DNA from: the human T2T-CHM13v2.0 reference genome, Homo sapiens | NCBI RefSeq assembly: GCF_009914755.1 | Contig: NC_060931.1 | Length of the DNA stretch: 64,000 nt | Reading direction: 5' to 3' (one strand) | Shown here: positions 29,458 to 47,455 of the stretch, piece after piece | How the letters are laid out: each line of letters opens with the position of its first letter | Position numbering within the stretch: the first letter of the stretch is position 1 | Made by a program: the position numbers and the translations under genes | The notes under the pieces: generated by a model | What the model saw: only the letters and a program-made list of their open reading frames with translations | What the model was told of the DNA's origin: nothing | The model's database searches: none

Positions 29458-32400
29458 TCCTGACTGATAACTATCCACAGTTCAGGACATATCTTAAGTA
29501 GGCAACATTAAAAATAAGGTGATAATATGGGAAGTACTTAAACTAGTATACCTTTAATTATTAAATATAGAAAAATATTGTGACTGAGACCAGAGTTTTT
29601 GAAATCAGGCAAGCAGGAATTCCTATGTCAGCCCCTTCATTCAATTAAGCATGTGTCCTTGGAAAAAAATGTATCTTCTTGTTTTTTTTTATTGTATTTA
29701 TGTTAGTTTGGATTTTATATATTTGTGTAGTTTTTTTTTTTTTTTCTGTTGCTTCTGGTAAATTGAAAGCTTCACACAGACATAGACATAATAGGGAGTC
29801 AACAAGTACAAGGTGAAGGAAAAAATAAAATCGTGAGTAAGAATTTGCCAGGTGGAAAGAAACAGAAAATTCCAAGAGGAGACAAAAAGGGAGTAGTGGG
29901 ATCTGAGGTGGTAAGGAATGCAGTATGGAGTCCTGAAAGTGGTCTGTTTAGTGTGATTGGCTGAGAGGGACATGGCAGAAGAGGTAGTTTAGCAGCAAGC
30001 AGTATTCTCATCACATAAAGACATGACAATCATTTTTTAGTAGTTTTAAGAATAATGAGATTCTATTTATATGTTTTAAACAGATAAGTTATATTATCAT
30101 ATATCCCTTTAAAAAACAGCACTGTGGTTTCCATCAGAGAGGTCTGGGAAGATGGGGCTACACATAAGTTCATTCAGCCCCACACACACTACTCTACCCT
30201 CCTTCCTAAGCCAAGCAGTTTAGGGAGCAAGGCAGCCTTGAACTCTGAGGAAGTCTCAGTAGGCAGTTGATGGATTTTTCTCCCATAGGTCTACTAAGCA
30301 CCTGGAGAGTGTGATTAACAGGAGGGTAACCTAGACTGGGTGTGAGTGTGTCTGTTATTCCTTGACCTCGCATAGCTGAGAAATAATTGATTGCCTCAGC
30401 TGGGTTCTTCTTCTGCTGTTGGGTCTGGAGGAGCTTGAGGAACTTAAAGAATGGAAAGAGAAGTTCCTCCAGATTTTCCCACTGCCCACCTAGCCCCCAG
30501 GGATAAAGTCATTTTTGTCTTGCTTGTAAAAAATGAGGCTCATTACATCACACCAACACATATTCTGGGATGGAAAAATTTCTATTTTTTAAACTAACAA
30601 ATACAAGTTCATAACTGATGATTTTCCTTTGTCCCAGAAAATCAAGTAGAATAATAATTCAAAGTATCAAGCAAAAATAAAGTGATATAAAATGCAGGAA
30701 GGAAAATACAAGACTTGAAAAAATTTCAGAATATCTAATATTATAATATCAGGACTTTTAGAAGGAGAAAAGTATTGGATGAAGGGCAGGCAATCCTTAG
30801 ACACATAATAGAAGGCAATTTTCTGGCTAAGAAGAAAACTGAATATGCAGATTGAAAAGGCAAGAACAGAAGTCCCAAGAGAAGTTTGCCTGTCTTGCTC
30901 ACCACTGAGTCCCCTGGGCAAGAAAACTATCGGGCACATAGTAGATGTTAAATGGATTTTATTATGTGAATTAATAAATCTAAAATTTGCTTCGGGCTGA
31001 ATTTCACATAATTTTTTAAGGTCTAGTGATAAAATGACATATAATTTCCTTAAGGGAAAGGAGATTGGAATGGAGAAAAAAAAAGGTAACTGCATTCAAA
31101 TAAGAAACACAGATGGAACATTGGTGTTTTCTTCAATATGCCTCAACGTACTATAAAACCCTGAATACAAAAGGTGATAAAATATTGTTGATCATTCATA
31201 CAGGTCATAAGCACTATTAGTCAGTGATGCTATGCCATACCAAATTAAAAATGGCCAAATTGATATAAAAGTATGTTTAGATTACATACGAAAAATGTAG
31301 AAATGTTATTGTACAGAAATACTTGCAATATAATTGGATGAATAAGTGTCCTTTATTCTTAGCCAAAAAGTGGACATTTAATATAGCAGTTTCTTAATTT
31401 CCTTTTATGAAAGACCCCCATATACTTGCTAAATTTTAAGTAACATGCTTTACATCAGCATATGGCCATTGGATGCTGTGGGAATGAGGAGAGAACCAGA
31501 GAAGAAAGATTCATCACTGTGGTTTTGTCCTTAGTCATGGATCACACATCTCCTTTTGAATGACTAAGGCAGCACAGGATAGGAGTAGTGAATTGAATTT
31601 AATGTTTCTGGGTTTAAAAAAAAACTGATTTTGTTTCCAAAATCTTATGTTTTTTTTTTTTTATTGTTGACTGCTGTATATAAGGATGGTTGTTGTTTCT
31701 TGGAGTCTTGAAAAATGTTAAAAATGTTGCAGTGGCGTCTTCCTAAAGCTACTAATTTTACTATATGAAGTTATAATAAAGTATAGACTGGTCAAAAAAC
31801 TATGGGTTCCTTTTTAAAAAATCTCAAAAAAATTAACTGGTTTTAGAAAGCAAATTCCTCAAGTTCCTATTTCAAACTGTGTAAAGAAGTATTGCATTCT
31901 CCCTCTCTGAATATGTTTAACAATACTTTCAAATAATTTTATATACCTCCCATTCTCCTTTGGTATATAAGAATGTATAAAAAAGAAATAACAGCAACTT
32001 TTGAAAGGTCTCTTTAGGATTGTAAACATCTCTGTTATGGCTTTTATGGGATAAAATCACTTATCATATTTTTAACATTGTTCTAATTTTAAATATTTAT
32101 TGACTCCTTTTACCCCAGGTAATTTTGTCTATATTATCCATCATCTTATATGATGTTAATTCTTTACAAATGATGAAGTGTCCCATTGTAAATATGAGTG
32201 TGCTGTACTACCAAACTCAGGAATTTTATTAGTACCATTTTTATTAATATTATGTACACACTTGATGGAAGGTTACTAAACTGGCCTATAAAAAACTTTG
32301 AGACAACCAATTAATCAAATTGCTTTGAACATAAACCTTATGCCATTGATGCTTGATTAATAAAAACTCGCAATCCTGTATCCTGAAACAGAGCCAAAGA

Positions 32401-33160
32401 ATGATTTCGTGGAAAACAAAATGAATTTTTCCTCATTTTGGACTTTTTGGAATTAAATTCCACTACAACTAAATATTAACAGTAAGGTGATAATACTCTT
32501 TGGTAAAATGGAAATTTGTTTAACACTAATGGCAAAAGCATGTAAGTAGAGAAATACACCATATATAACTTTTGAGAAACGCTAAAATAACTCATTCTGC
32601 TGATTATGTATTAGCTTGATAGCAAATGTTTGTTTTGTTTAGGATCACATTTTTCTTTTAATAACCAAAATGACATGAGTGTTTTTCTCTCACTAACAAG
32701 CTTACTTTTAACATTGCCATAGAGTTTCAATTTCTGGTTTAAAAAAACCCAAAAATTTGATATAGAGCACCCTAGAAATCCCCATCTTCAACACCTGATG
32801 CCTTTGCAATCTTACCTTCCACAGAACTTATGCCATCAAAGCACGGTGAATCATTAAGCTGTATAGTTCCATGTGGGAAGGGCTTGTAATCTGATGTTTT
32901 GTGTAACTTTACTTATCTCCATTTCACAGAAACACTGTACTAATAACCGAGAATCCTGAGATTTTTAACTCAAAGCAATATATCCCTTCCAAAAATCAAC
33001 CTTTGGACTGATTTTCTCCAAATATTTTTAGGAAAATTCAGTTAATGTTTTTTTTTTCTTCTTTTTAATCTTCTACCCGTGGTCCCTGGGAAAATGTCAG
33101 AGCCCTGGAGAAATTTGAAATTTAGCATTTCTTATGTTTATATCTCCCTCTTTTCTTTTA

Positions 33161-33197
<37 letters not shown>
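33161..33197. repeat. (TATC)n microsatellite
   Basis: About 9 units seen directly. Confidence 0.95.
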
Positions 33198-34760
33198 CTG
33201 TGTTCTTAATTGGATGCCATACTTAGACTTCGTTTTTGGGCAACAGAATCATTATTGATCACTTCCCTTTTATGTATATTAGATCAAATCAGACTGTGCT
33301 CTACCTAACCAGATTAATCTGCGGAAGAAATTTTTGCATTTGGGATAATGTGAAGTGACTAAAGTGTCGCCTATGTCATCCTAAAATGGCTATTCACTTT
33401 CAAACTATTCTCTTTAAAATACAGATTCACATAGGCTTAGTTGGGGGACGATATTTAGAAGCAGGTAGGACTTCCTACCATCGTTTAAATGACAGTGTGG
33501 ATGAAGCCACCATCTATGCCTCATAATGAGGAAATTTCTGATTTTTATCTGCTTTCAAAGGCTAATTTAAAAACCAGGTAAACAAGAGTGGAAAAGAGTT
33601 TGGGCAGAAGTGGGGAGTGATGACATAAGTTTTATTTAAAAAAACTTTCATCGGAAACTCAAAAGCATAGATTTCTGGTGCCATGATAAAGATCTACCAT
33701 GGCACCATGACTTTTCTCAGATCACAATGTATTCTCAAGAATTTTTGAAAGCATATTGTTCTTTAAGCAAGAACATGTCAGAAATACTGCTATTCATTAA
33801 GCTAAAACTCCATGTAGTTCTCAGAGAATTAGATTTATTCATTCGATCAACAAATTTTTTGGGTTCCTCAAAAGATTATGCTTGTTGATAAATAAGACAG
33901 TTCCTAATGTTATATATATGCACACATATATTTATGATTTAGGATATCAAGAATTTTCATGATGTACATTTTTATTTGTTATTAGGAACACATTTATATT
34001 AATAAATATTTTCAATTAAAGTATTACCGATTGCTTATTCTTGAGATTTAATTCATTAAGTTAAAAGTAATACATTAACATATTAAAAATTATATCATTC
34101 TGGGAGATTAATTTAAAAAAAGCCATCCCTCACTCCATCCTAACTTCTCCCCACTTTGAATATAAAAGGTCAACATGTAACTGTTTTAGATCACTTTGAT
34201 TTTTTTTTCTTGGCAGTCACCGTCATGTCACAAAATAATATGCTCATAATGTTAACCCTTAACTTATCAATATGAATTTCTGTAATTTCTTAGCTTGGAT
34301 CCATTTTCTTTCTAAAAAACATGTCTCTTAGATTTCACACTTAGGATTTTTTGGTTTACCTTTTGAGTTTGCTGTAGCACAATTTCAAGCAACTTCCTAA
34401 TAGAAAGGTATAAAAGAGGTAATTTTTCTGTGATTTTTCTGTTTGAAATCCTTATTCTAAATACATATATGATTAATAAATTTATAACTTATGAATATAT
34501 AGGTTAAAAACATTTTAATAAATTTCTAATTGATATTATTTATTCTGATTATTGTTTTTATATAAATGACTATGTCTTCCTGTGTCCACTTTTATCTTCT
34601 TTGATTTATTCAAATCTTCCTGAAGTGATGATGCATCTTTGGGTGTCATTTTATACATACTGTGTTAGATTGTCAGCTAGGCCTTTTTTGATGTCATTTT
34701 TATTTCTACATTATGCAACATTTAGTTAACTTTTTAAGCCTTCTACTTTACTTTAATTTT

Positions 34761-35730
34761 AGAAACTATCATCAGAATGAACAGGCAACCTACAGAATGG
34801 GAGAAAATTTTTGCAATCTACCCATCTGACAAAGGTCTAATCCATAATCTACAAGGAATTTAAACAAGAAAAAAAAAACAACCCCATCAAAAAGCTGTCA
34901 AAGGATATGAACAGACACTTTTCAAAAGAAGACATTTATGCAGCCAACAAACATGACAAAAAGTTCATCACCACTGGTCATTAGAGAAATGCAAATTAAA
35001 ACCACAATGAGATACCATCTCACACCAGTTAGAATGGCAATCACTAAAAGGTCAGGAAACAACAGATGCTGGAGAGGATCTGGAGAAATAAGAGTGCTTT
35101 TACACTGTTGATGGGAGTGTAAATTATTTCAACCATTGTGGAAGACAGTGATTACTCAAGGATCTAGACCTAGAAATGCCATTTGACCCAGCAATCTTAT
35201 TTCTGGGTATATACCCAAAGGATTATAAATCACTGTACTATAAAGATACATGCACAAGTATGTTTACTGCAGCACTATTCACAATAGCAAAGACTTGGAA
35301 CCAACCCAAATGCCCATCAATGATAGACTGGATAAAGAAAATGTGGCACATATACACCATGGAATACTATGCAGCCATAAAAAGGATGAGTTCATGTCCT
35401 TTGCAAGGACATGGATGAAGCTGGAAACCATCATTCTCAGCAAAATAACACAGGAACAGAAAACCAAATACTACATGCTTTTACTCATAAGTGATAGTTG
35501 AACAATGAGAACATACCGGCACAGGGAGGGAAGCATCACACACTGGGGCCTGTCAGGGGGTTGGGGGGCAAGGGGAGTGATAGTATTAGGAATAATACCT
35601 AATGTAGATGACGGGTTGATGGGTGCAGCAAACCACCATGGCACATGAATACCTATGTAACAAATCTGCATGTTCTGCACATGTATCCCATAACTTAAGT
35701 ATAATAAAAAAGAATGAAAAATAATAATAA
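34761..35730 (+). mobile_element. 5'-truncated L1PA7/8-like element
   Basis: ORF2 end, 3'UTR (gtagatgacgggttgatgggtgcagcaaaccacc) and A-rich tail. Confidence 0.93.
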
Positions 35731-36654
35731 TTTTCCAATAACGTATTTGTATTCAATGTGTTCAGAAAAGCAGATGATGGGAAGAAAAAAAGTTTACTAT
35801 ACATTTTTGAATTGTTGAAATTTAAAGGTAAGTGCATTTTTAGGAAACCCAGAACCTTATCTATGAATAAGATTAGAAAGTAATAATAAAACAATTTCTG
35901 GTATTGTGATTATAGAATACTGTTGAGAATATTCATTGATACAATTTTCCTGGAGGACACTTGTGTTTTTAAAGTCGGAGAACTTTAACGCTATACATAT
36001 CAACGAACTACATACACACAAAAGGTCTACTTTAAGAAATTTAAAATTAGGAAATTATGAGAATACCATCAAAAAGTATATAGACAAATTTGTATTTTGT
36101 ATAGCCACCTCCATAGCTTCCATAACTTTTGTCATAAAGGAAAATTCCTTTATCTTGCCCTTCAGTGTCTATCAATGATATAATCGTTCTTGGTAATAAT
36201 TATGCAGGTGGTATATGATACAACTCTAGCAATTATAAGAGAATTAGAAAATACTTAGGCTAAACTTTTAAGAATAGAAAGTTTTATCTTTATTAGGGCA
36301 TTTTTGTTTGTGAAATGAACAGTGTTATCTTCTAAATTAATTGGGAAAGGATAAGAATGCAAGAGTAAGGCTCAATTTGACTAAGAACTTCAGGTCAGAT
36401 AAGTTGCCATCAGTGAGTGTATCAAAGATATATAAGTGCTTAGTTCTACATAAGTTCAGAGGGACTTTCTAAAATTTACGTGATTTTCCAAAGCTCTAGA
36501 AAATTCTACAGGATTCAAGGAGAAACATTACAGAAGCAATGTCAACGGTTATAGAAAATAATTTGAAATGTATTCTTTGGAATAAGAATATAATAAAAAA
36601 ATTAAAATGACATCTATCTATTTAACCTTATTCATCAGCTAACAGGCTCTTTTG

Positions 36655-37180
36655 ATGTTAAAAGAGTAAACCCAAGAGAGAGTTAAGTATGACTCTTTAA
36701 AATGCAAATGACAAAACTGGTGCTGAAATAGCAAACTGAATCAGAAGAAGAATAAATCTCAAAAGAAGTGTATTTAATCCAAGATTAATAGGTGAAGTAC
36801 AGTCAATGTCCAGAAATGACCATGAGTGAGTCTGATTTTAGCACATAGTCTAAATCAAATATCTCTGAAGATGGAGGGACATGGAAAAGAATCTGAACAA
36901 ACAGATGTTGCCTTTTCCCCAGTTTGTTAGCATTAGACCATACCCCATTTATTCTATCAAATTTCTGCATGACAGTTTCCTTTTCATCAAACCTAGCATG
37001 AAAATACACAGACTTAATCATTTCTTTGGGTCTTCATTTCCTCGTGGCAGCTCCCTCATCACATAAAACTTCCATTAAACAAACATCTCTACTTTTATCT
37101 TGTCAATCTGTCTTTCGTTATAGAAGCCTTAGTCACAAACCTAGGATGGATGGGGAAAATATATTTTTTTCTCCCCTATA
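36655..37180 (+). mobile_element. Solo ERV1 LTR (MER34/MER39-like)
   Basis: aatctgaacaaacag...tttctttgggtcttcatttc...aatctgtctttcgttatag...ctcccctata. Confidence 0.7.
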
Positions 37181-37189
37181 GTATATATA

Positions 37190-39100
37190 GAAAAATAAAA
37201 ACATCTCCTGTGAAAATTTTAAATTCCAACCATGGGTCAAACAGGAAATGGGATAGGAATTCCAAAAGATAATAAAACTTTAAAACTTTACAAAAAAAGA
37301 ACAAAATGGATATCTAGAAATGAAAAATATAGATAGTGATTTTTTAAAAATAAGTAGCATAGGAAGAAGATTAAGAACTGAAGAAAATTAGAGAACTGTT
37401 AGAAATGAGGAAGTATGCATTAGTCAGTCACAGAAAGATAGATGAGAACTAGTAAGGAGAGAGAAAGAAACATGAAAAGGACCAACACATTTCTAGTGGT
37501 AGTTTCCAGATGGAAGAATAGAAAGAATATGAGATAGACTATAGCAGAGGGAATGGAGTAGAAATTTATAAATTTGAAGTACCAAAAAAAGACCTAAATT
37601 AATTAATTGAAAAATCACAAGTTGCAAACATATTGAACACCTAGAAATACAGGGGTAAAAAACTAAAGAAATGACCATTAAATGCAGTAGAGCGTTAGGC
37701 GAGATAAAACATCAATCAAGAATGATACAAAATTGACATAGATAATGGAAATTAGCAGAAAGGATATCAAATAAGTTACTGTAACTTGGGTGCATATGTT
37801 CATATAGCATCGTGAGCCATATAAAAAAAAAAGACCCAAATCTACATCCTGGAAACCAGACCAACAATGTGTGAGATTCAAATTACACTGGACTGGATTA
37901 ATGAGAGATATGACATTGCCAAAAGAAAGATTAGTGAACTTGGGACAGACATAGCAATGGAAATGAACCAAAATTTAGCACCGAGAAAAGAAAATAGAAA
38001 AGAGACCGCAGAATGGTAAAATATGGGACAACTTCAAGTGGCCTAATATATGTGTGATAGAAGTCCCCAAAGGAGAAAAGAAGGACAAAGGCAGAAAAAC
38101 ATATTTGACAAAATGATAGCCCCTAATATTGAATGTTTGAAAAAGTAATAAACTTCTCCAAAATATAAGTGATTCCTCAAAACAAGAAATCTGAAGAAAA
38201 CGACAAGAAGGCACATGAAGATCAATTGTGCAAAATCAGTGATAAAGAAATATGTTAAAAGCAGCTAGAGAAAGAGAAACATTATATTCAGAGAAACTAA
38301 GGTAAGGAAGACAGTAAATTTTTCATTTGGGGAAAAAAAGCAAAAAGAAAGTGGAGAAACAGCTTTAATGTAGTGAGAGAAAAATATTCTCAGTCTAAAA
38401 TCTAATAATAAATAATAAGAAAACACAGACAAATGAAAGCATCTGGGATTTACAAAAACTGGAGAAAGTATTACTACCAGATTGACACTACAAGAAATAT
38501 TACAGGAGGCCTTTCATTAAGAATGAAAATAATACAAATTTGAAATATGGGTTACCAAAAAGTAATGAAGAGCCATAAAATTGGTAACTACAAGGGTAAA
38601 TGTATTTTTTAAATTTTGTTAAAAGATAATTGTCATAGCTCCATCTCTGATAAAGAAATTGAATGAATAATAAATAACTCTTCAAAAACAAAAGCACTAG
38701 GCCAAGATGTATTCACCAATGATTTCCACCCATATATTTGACAGCACTACAAATTCCACCTATATTAAAATTAAATTAAAGGAATATTTTGAGCAACTAC
38801 AAATGAACCTGACAGTTTAGATGAAATAAAAAATTCCATGAAAACACAATCAAATATCACTCAAGAGAAAATCAGAATATCCCTATACCTATTAAATGAA
38901 CCCAATTTATAGTTTAAAATCTCCCCCAACACCTACCCACACCCTACACACACAAAAACTTGATAGCTTCAATGATAAATGCTTCCAAATATTTAAGACA
39001 AAATAATAACACCAATTCTAATAATGTTTTCCGAAAATTGAAAAGGACAGAATACTTCCCAATTCATTCCATGAAGTTAGTGTTATCTTTATATAAAAGA
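37190..39100 (+). mobile_element. Old L1M ORF1/ORF2 fragments
   Basis: Decayed ORF1 (gggacaacttcaagtggcctaatata) and ORF2 (aatacttcccaattcattccatga). Confidence 0.7.
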
Positions 39101-39332
39101 TATTCCCCCGAATTTATTTAATGAATTATGTTGTAGCCTACTTGTGGTACATTGTGCATCCATTAGCACTTCCTAAACTGGGAGAAATCATTAGGATATG
39201 TTAAATATATTAACATTATTCCTCCCAATTTTGATAAACAGAATAAACTAATCTATGCTCAAATAAATTATCTCAAATTTCCTGTAATGATTTTGCTTAC
39301 TGACAATAGCAGTCTTTCAAAATATATAAGCA

Positions 39333-39608
39333 TTTTTTTTTTTTTTTTGAGACAGAGTCTTGCTCTGTCCCTCAGGTTGAAGTGCTGCGGTGCAATCTCA
39401 GCTCACTGTACTCTGCCTCCCAGATTCAAGTGATTCTCCTGCCTCAGCCTCTCTAGTAGCTCGGATTAGAGGTGTGCACCACCTCTGGCTAATTTTTGTA
39501 TTTTTAGTAGAGACAGGGTTTCGCCATGTTGGCCAAGCTGGTCTCCATCCTGCCTGCCTCAGCCTCCTGAAGTGCTGGGATTACAGATGTGAGCCACTGT
39601 GACGGGCT
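39333..39608 (-). mobile_element. AluS with small internal deletion
   Basis: Reverse Alu starting with poly(T). Confidence 0.93.
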
Positions 39609-42525
39609 GAAATACATCAGCATTTCTATTGATTTTCAAGGGGCAAGGATTTCAACTGTGTGTACTTATGTGTGTACAGAAAGAGTGTTGCTTGACACTT
39701 ATATATAGTGATACACAGAAAAATAAGGCTTTTAACAGTTTTTACTTGCAAAAAATGAGCGCTAGGGTTTGAGGAAATATTGCTATTTTTGCTATTATGG
39801 AGTTCTTCAATCATGAATTACTCTCAATGTTAAATGACAAGATCAAAAAAATACTACTTCAGAGAAAATATTGTTTTTAATATAGGGAGAACACATATTA
39901 GCATACATATTAGTTTGAAGATATGAATAATTTCCTCATTCTTACAAGTCCAAATACAAAATTACATGTGGAATATATCAATAATTGTTTCATATATTTG
40001 TGCACGAAAAAGAACAAAACTATAAATGTGCAGAGATGCTTGATGTACAAGAACAAGATCCTCATTATGAATCGAACTGAATTAAACCCTGTGCACAGAA
40101 ATAATTTTTAAAGCTTCTCCCTTCCTCATTCACTTTCGCTTTCCCAATTTGCAAGTTCTTTGATTTGATTTTCTCATGATTTCCCTAACCTTTATATGGC
40201 CAGAATATTCACACTGAATGACTTAATGAGTGCTGTAGGAGCAGAAGGAAATAGAGAAGCATGGAAGTACCTGGCATGGCTAATGAACAGAGCCGGGAGG
40301 ACTAGTGCCCTTTGCATGCCTGCTCTACCACCAAGTAGACTCAGGATTCATTCCCACATCTAACATGGAGGCTTACACCAGATCAGTTTTTTAAAGCAAT
40401 AAGGATTCTTTGAGCTTTCTTGAAAACACCTCTAACAATGTACTTTTAATGTTTCAAGGAGATAAGGGAACAAACAAGGGCAAGTGGGACCTCTATTTTA
40501 ATAGAACAGCTTTGCTTTTAGCTATTTTGTTTTTGAACTTTCATATGATTTAAATTGGATAAAACAGAAAAGGTCTAAAAACTGCCGACCCAAGTGATCT
40601 CTAAGGCCTTTTCTATCCCTATAATGCTTGAGGTTTTATTCCATTACTGCCTAAGTGAACAGCCAATCTAGAAGAATTAAATGGGTTTTTCTTTCTGACA
40701 CATCATCTCAACTATTTGACATCCCTTTTAATATTGTCACTTCTTGATCCCAAGCAACATAATTACAGATTTCTAAACAAAGTACAAATACTCTCCTCAT
40801 CCTGAAAATCTTTTTAATTCTGGTCTGTTGTAACATTATAGTGTCTTTAATTAAATTCAAGATCCTTTGTGTTCTTACAAGTAGTTGAATCAATATAGTT
40901 GCTCTATTGAAAATGTGGAATATTACAGATTGACATTTTCAGTAAGGACCAATTTCAAAGAGCACTTGTGACATCTACATACAGACAGACATTTTAAGTA
41001 AGATTTCATATAAGACAGATGCTGTCCCAGGAGTTTTACATTCAGTATGTCAATTAGTCTCACAACGTCAATGTAATAGGTGTTATCGTACCCATTTTAG
41101 AGATAGAAAAGTAAGGACTGGAGGATTGCCCAAAATTAACAAGGTCATAAGCAGAGTGCAAGGACTCCAGGTTTGACTTTAAAACATGCAGTATTAAATT
41201 GCAGTATTACATTTGAATGTGGGAGTTTAATTTGGAGATTTTAAAATGTTTCTATTTTAACACAGAGAGAGAGGGGAGAAGGAACAAGAACACAGTTTCC
41301 CACTGTGACAATAGCTAGTTGACCACATCCTGTTGAGACAGGTTTTATAGTGAATGCCCACTGTTTTCTCATCTGCAGACTTGAAGAAAATTAATATCTA
41401 CATGACAGGACTCTTCTGAGGATAAAATAAGTTAATATATGTCACATATGAAGTACTCAATAATTTTTAAAAGCCCTTACTATTATCCACGTAAAACTTT
41501 TCTAGGTAGGGTGATCGGGATGGGATATTAGCAAATGACCTACCAGCAGGGTACGATTGGCTATAAGAAATTGTAGGATGGAGGATAGGACAATGGCAGA
41601 GATAGTTAACACTATTTCATTTTAGATTATTTGTTCCTGGATAGACAATGTCTTTTAAAAGGAGAAATTGTGTTACTTTCCTAACAGAAGATAATTTTTT
41701 AAAAAATTTGCAAGGAAGTATAATTAAAAACTAAAAAAAAGTAATAGAAAGAAAAATGTTATAGACACAAAATCTGAACACAAAGAACGAAACTAAGGGA
41801 GTCATGAGCACGATTGAAATGTGCACATTTGGGGATGTGTTTTATATAATACTCTTTTCTGAACAGACTTTTTCTTTAAGATTATCTTATACTCTTTTAA
41901 TTCAATACAACCATCTGACCAGTTAGCACGTTAAAACCTAGGTATTTCTGCTGAATGCAAAGAATATTTATCCAGTAATGGCATTGGAATGATTAAGCGA
42001 TTTTCAGCAACTGTCACATTAATCAAGCACAGCAAGGGTCAGAAATCTTTGAGGCTTCAAATTAGTGAACTGCCCAAGGGGAGGGAGAGAAATGGCCTGC
42101 AGAGGTCACTTCCCAGGTGAAAGGGGCTGTCTGCACAATCAATACAGTACAGAATGCCAAAGTCACTACTCTTTACAGCCCTCATTATCAACATCAGGAG
42201 TCACTTTATCAACCTTGTCTTTTAAAATGATGAAAAAGAGGTCATTTTGATGAACACTAAGGGATGGCATAAATTAGCGAAATTGTTTTGCAGCATAAAG
42301 CAAGAGCTTAATTCAGTATCTGAGGTAAAGGCAACTTGGAATGGAAAATAAAAAACAATTCAAAACTGGGATGAAAAGATTTGGGTTCAAGTCCTACCTT
42401 GATTCTGGTAGAAAATTATTTAAGATATAGAAAAGCTTCTAGGAGAGTGCTTGATAGACAGAAGGCATTCATTAGACTTTAATGTCTTTCCTCAGTAGAC
42501 AGTGATATCCTTATACTCCAATTTG

Positions 42526-45497
<2,972 letters not shown>

Positions 45498-45816
45498 TAC
45501 TTATCTATAAGAAAGAGAATTAGACCAAATGAATAAAGGATGTTTTAACATTTTCATCTCGTCTAATCCTTTTATAAAAAGACTGAGTATGATGGTCATG
45601 TTGGTGTCTGTATTTAACAGCTATATGCATTTGAATCCCTTCCCTCCCTGATTGGGTGTGTATGTAGGATTCCCAGTCCCTCATGGGGATAGGAAAACTT
45701 TGGCTCACACCTAATTTTTACAGCAGCTGAGGTCAGAGTAGAGGGTGACAAGAAGCAAGGGAAGAGTGGAAAGTATCTGCACCAGCGATTTTTATGCCCT
45801 CGAAGCAATACGGTAC

Positions 45817-45936
45817 CTTCCAGGATTCCTAGGTTTTTCCTCCTGCTATCTGAAGAAGAGATCTAACAAACTACTCTTTTCAAACCATTCAAAACCCAAT
45901 GTCAACACAGGATCCCTAGACCATTTTGCCCACCAA
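45817..45936 (-). pseudogene. DHC-like pseudo-exon (YDWGLR motif, AAA1 lid)
   Basis: Very strong acceptor tttttttttctctctctctcctctag, donor aag|gtaccg, 120 nt. Reads C*HWVLNGLKRVVC versus canonical HYDWGLRALKTVL. Confidence 0.68.
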
Positions 45937-46035
45937 CTAGAGGAGAGAGAGAGAAAAAAAAAATGTACCAAATAGACTGCTTGTTTTAGCCTTACTTCCC
46001 AGTATCCTTTGAACAAATATCCTATCTTTCCTTAC

Positions 46036-46385
46036 TGGCAACAAAGTAGAGGACCATTTATGGAATGAATGACCAAATACTTTGTCAACATGTCTGCAAC
46101 CAATTCCCATTGGAATGCAGGGCCTTCATCTTTTCTTTAATAGGGCTATGTTATGGCAAGTATATCTCATTATCTTTGCCATAATACTTCAGTTCAATTT
46201 GAAGTGTCTAATATGGGACCTTAATTTGGGGGCTAAAAAGATATCTGGATCAGGGAGCGCACATGGTACAGTACGCACCACAGAAGAGAAACTTTGAAAT
46301 TATGAAATTCTGAGCTTATATAAAAGTTGCTGGTGCATTTGCCTATCCTCCCTTCTGAAGACAGAATGAGTGAGTAATCTTTGCG
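46036..46385 (-). pseudogene. DHC-like pseudo-exon (AAA1 C-terminal FRPV..PD region)
   Basis: Strong acceptor cctcccctcctactctacctctttctag, donor cca|gtaagg. Reads FSSVVRTVPCALPDPDIFLAPKLRSHIRHFKLN*SIMAKI versus canonical [30 protein letters not shown].LARKI. Three stops. Confidence 0.72.
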
Positions 46386-46419
46386 CTAGAAAGAGGTAGA
46401 GTAGGAGGGGAGGTCTATA

Positions 46420-47455
46420 GGTTTTTATTATAATTTGTGTTTTTAACTTCAAATTCCAATTGTTCATTGCTGGCATATAGAAAATCATTTGACTTTTACG
46501 TATTAACTTGTATCCTGCAAACTTGCTCTAACTGATTATGTTTTCCGGGAGTTATTTTGTCGATTCTTTGAGATTATCTACATAGATAATCAAGTCCTCT
46601 TTGAAAAAATATTTTATTTATTTCTGCCTGTATACCCTTTATTTCCTTTTATTGTCTTCTTGCACTAGCTAGACTTCCAGAATAATGTTGAATAAGAGTA
46701 GTGAATGGGAATATCCTTGCATTGTTCCCCATCTTAGAGAGAAAGCTAGTTTCTCACCATTAAGTACGACATTAGCTATAGGGTTTTTGTCGATTTTTTA
46801 AAAATGAAATTGAGGAACTTCATGTTGATTCCTAGTTTTCTGAGAGTTTTCATCATGAATTATTTTGTGAAATACATTCTTTTTGGATTTTGTAAAAAGC
46901 TTTTACTGCATTTATTGATGTGATCCTGTGATTTTTCTTCTTCAGCCTGTTTATGAGACAGATTACATTAATTGATATTCAAATGTCAAAGTAGCCTTAG
47001 ATACCTGGAATAAGTCCAAGTTTCTCATGGCATATAAATTCTTTTTATACATTTTTGGACATAATTTGTTAATATTTTGTTGAGGATTTTTACAGTTTTG
47101 CTTATGAGAGACATTTTTTTCTGTAATTTTCCTTTCTTGTTAGTTGTCTGGTTTTGCTTTAGGATAATGCTATCTTTGTAGGATAAGTTAGAAATAATTT
47201 CTTCTGCTTATATTTCCCAGAAAAAAAAAAATTCAGAGAATTGGTATAATTTCTTCTTTAAATGTGTGGTGGAATTTACCAATGAACTTATCTGGACCAT
47301 CATGATGCTTTCTGTTTTGAAAGGTTATTAATCATTTAATGTCTTGAATAGATATAGTCCTACTCAAGTTATATATTTGTTTCTGTGTGAGTTTTGATAG
47401 ATTGCATCTTTCAAGGAATTGATTCATATTATCTAGTTATCAAATGTATTATCAT
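46420..47455 (-). mobile_element. Old L1M ORF2 fragment
   Basis: T-rich antisense RT-region sequence. Confidence 0.8.
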
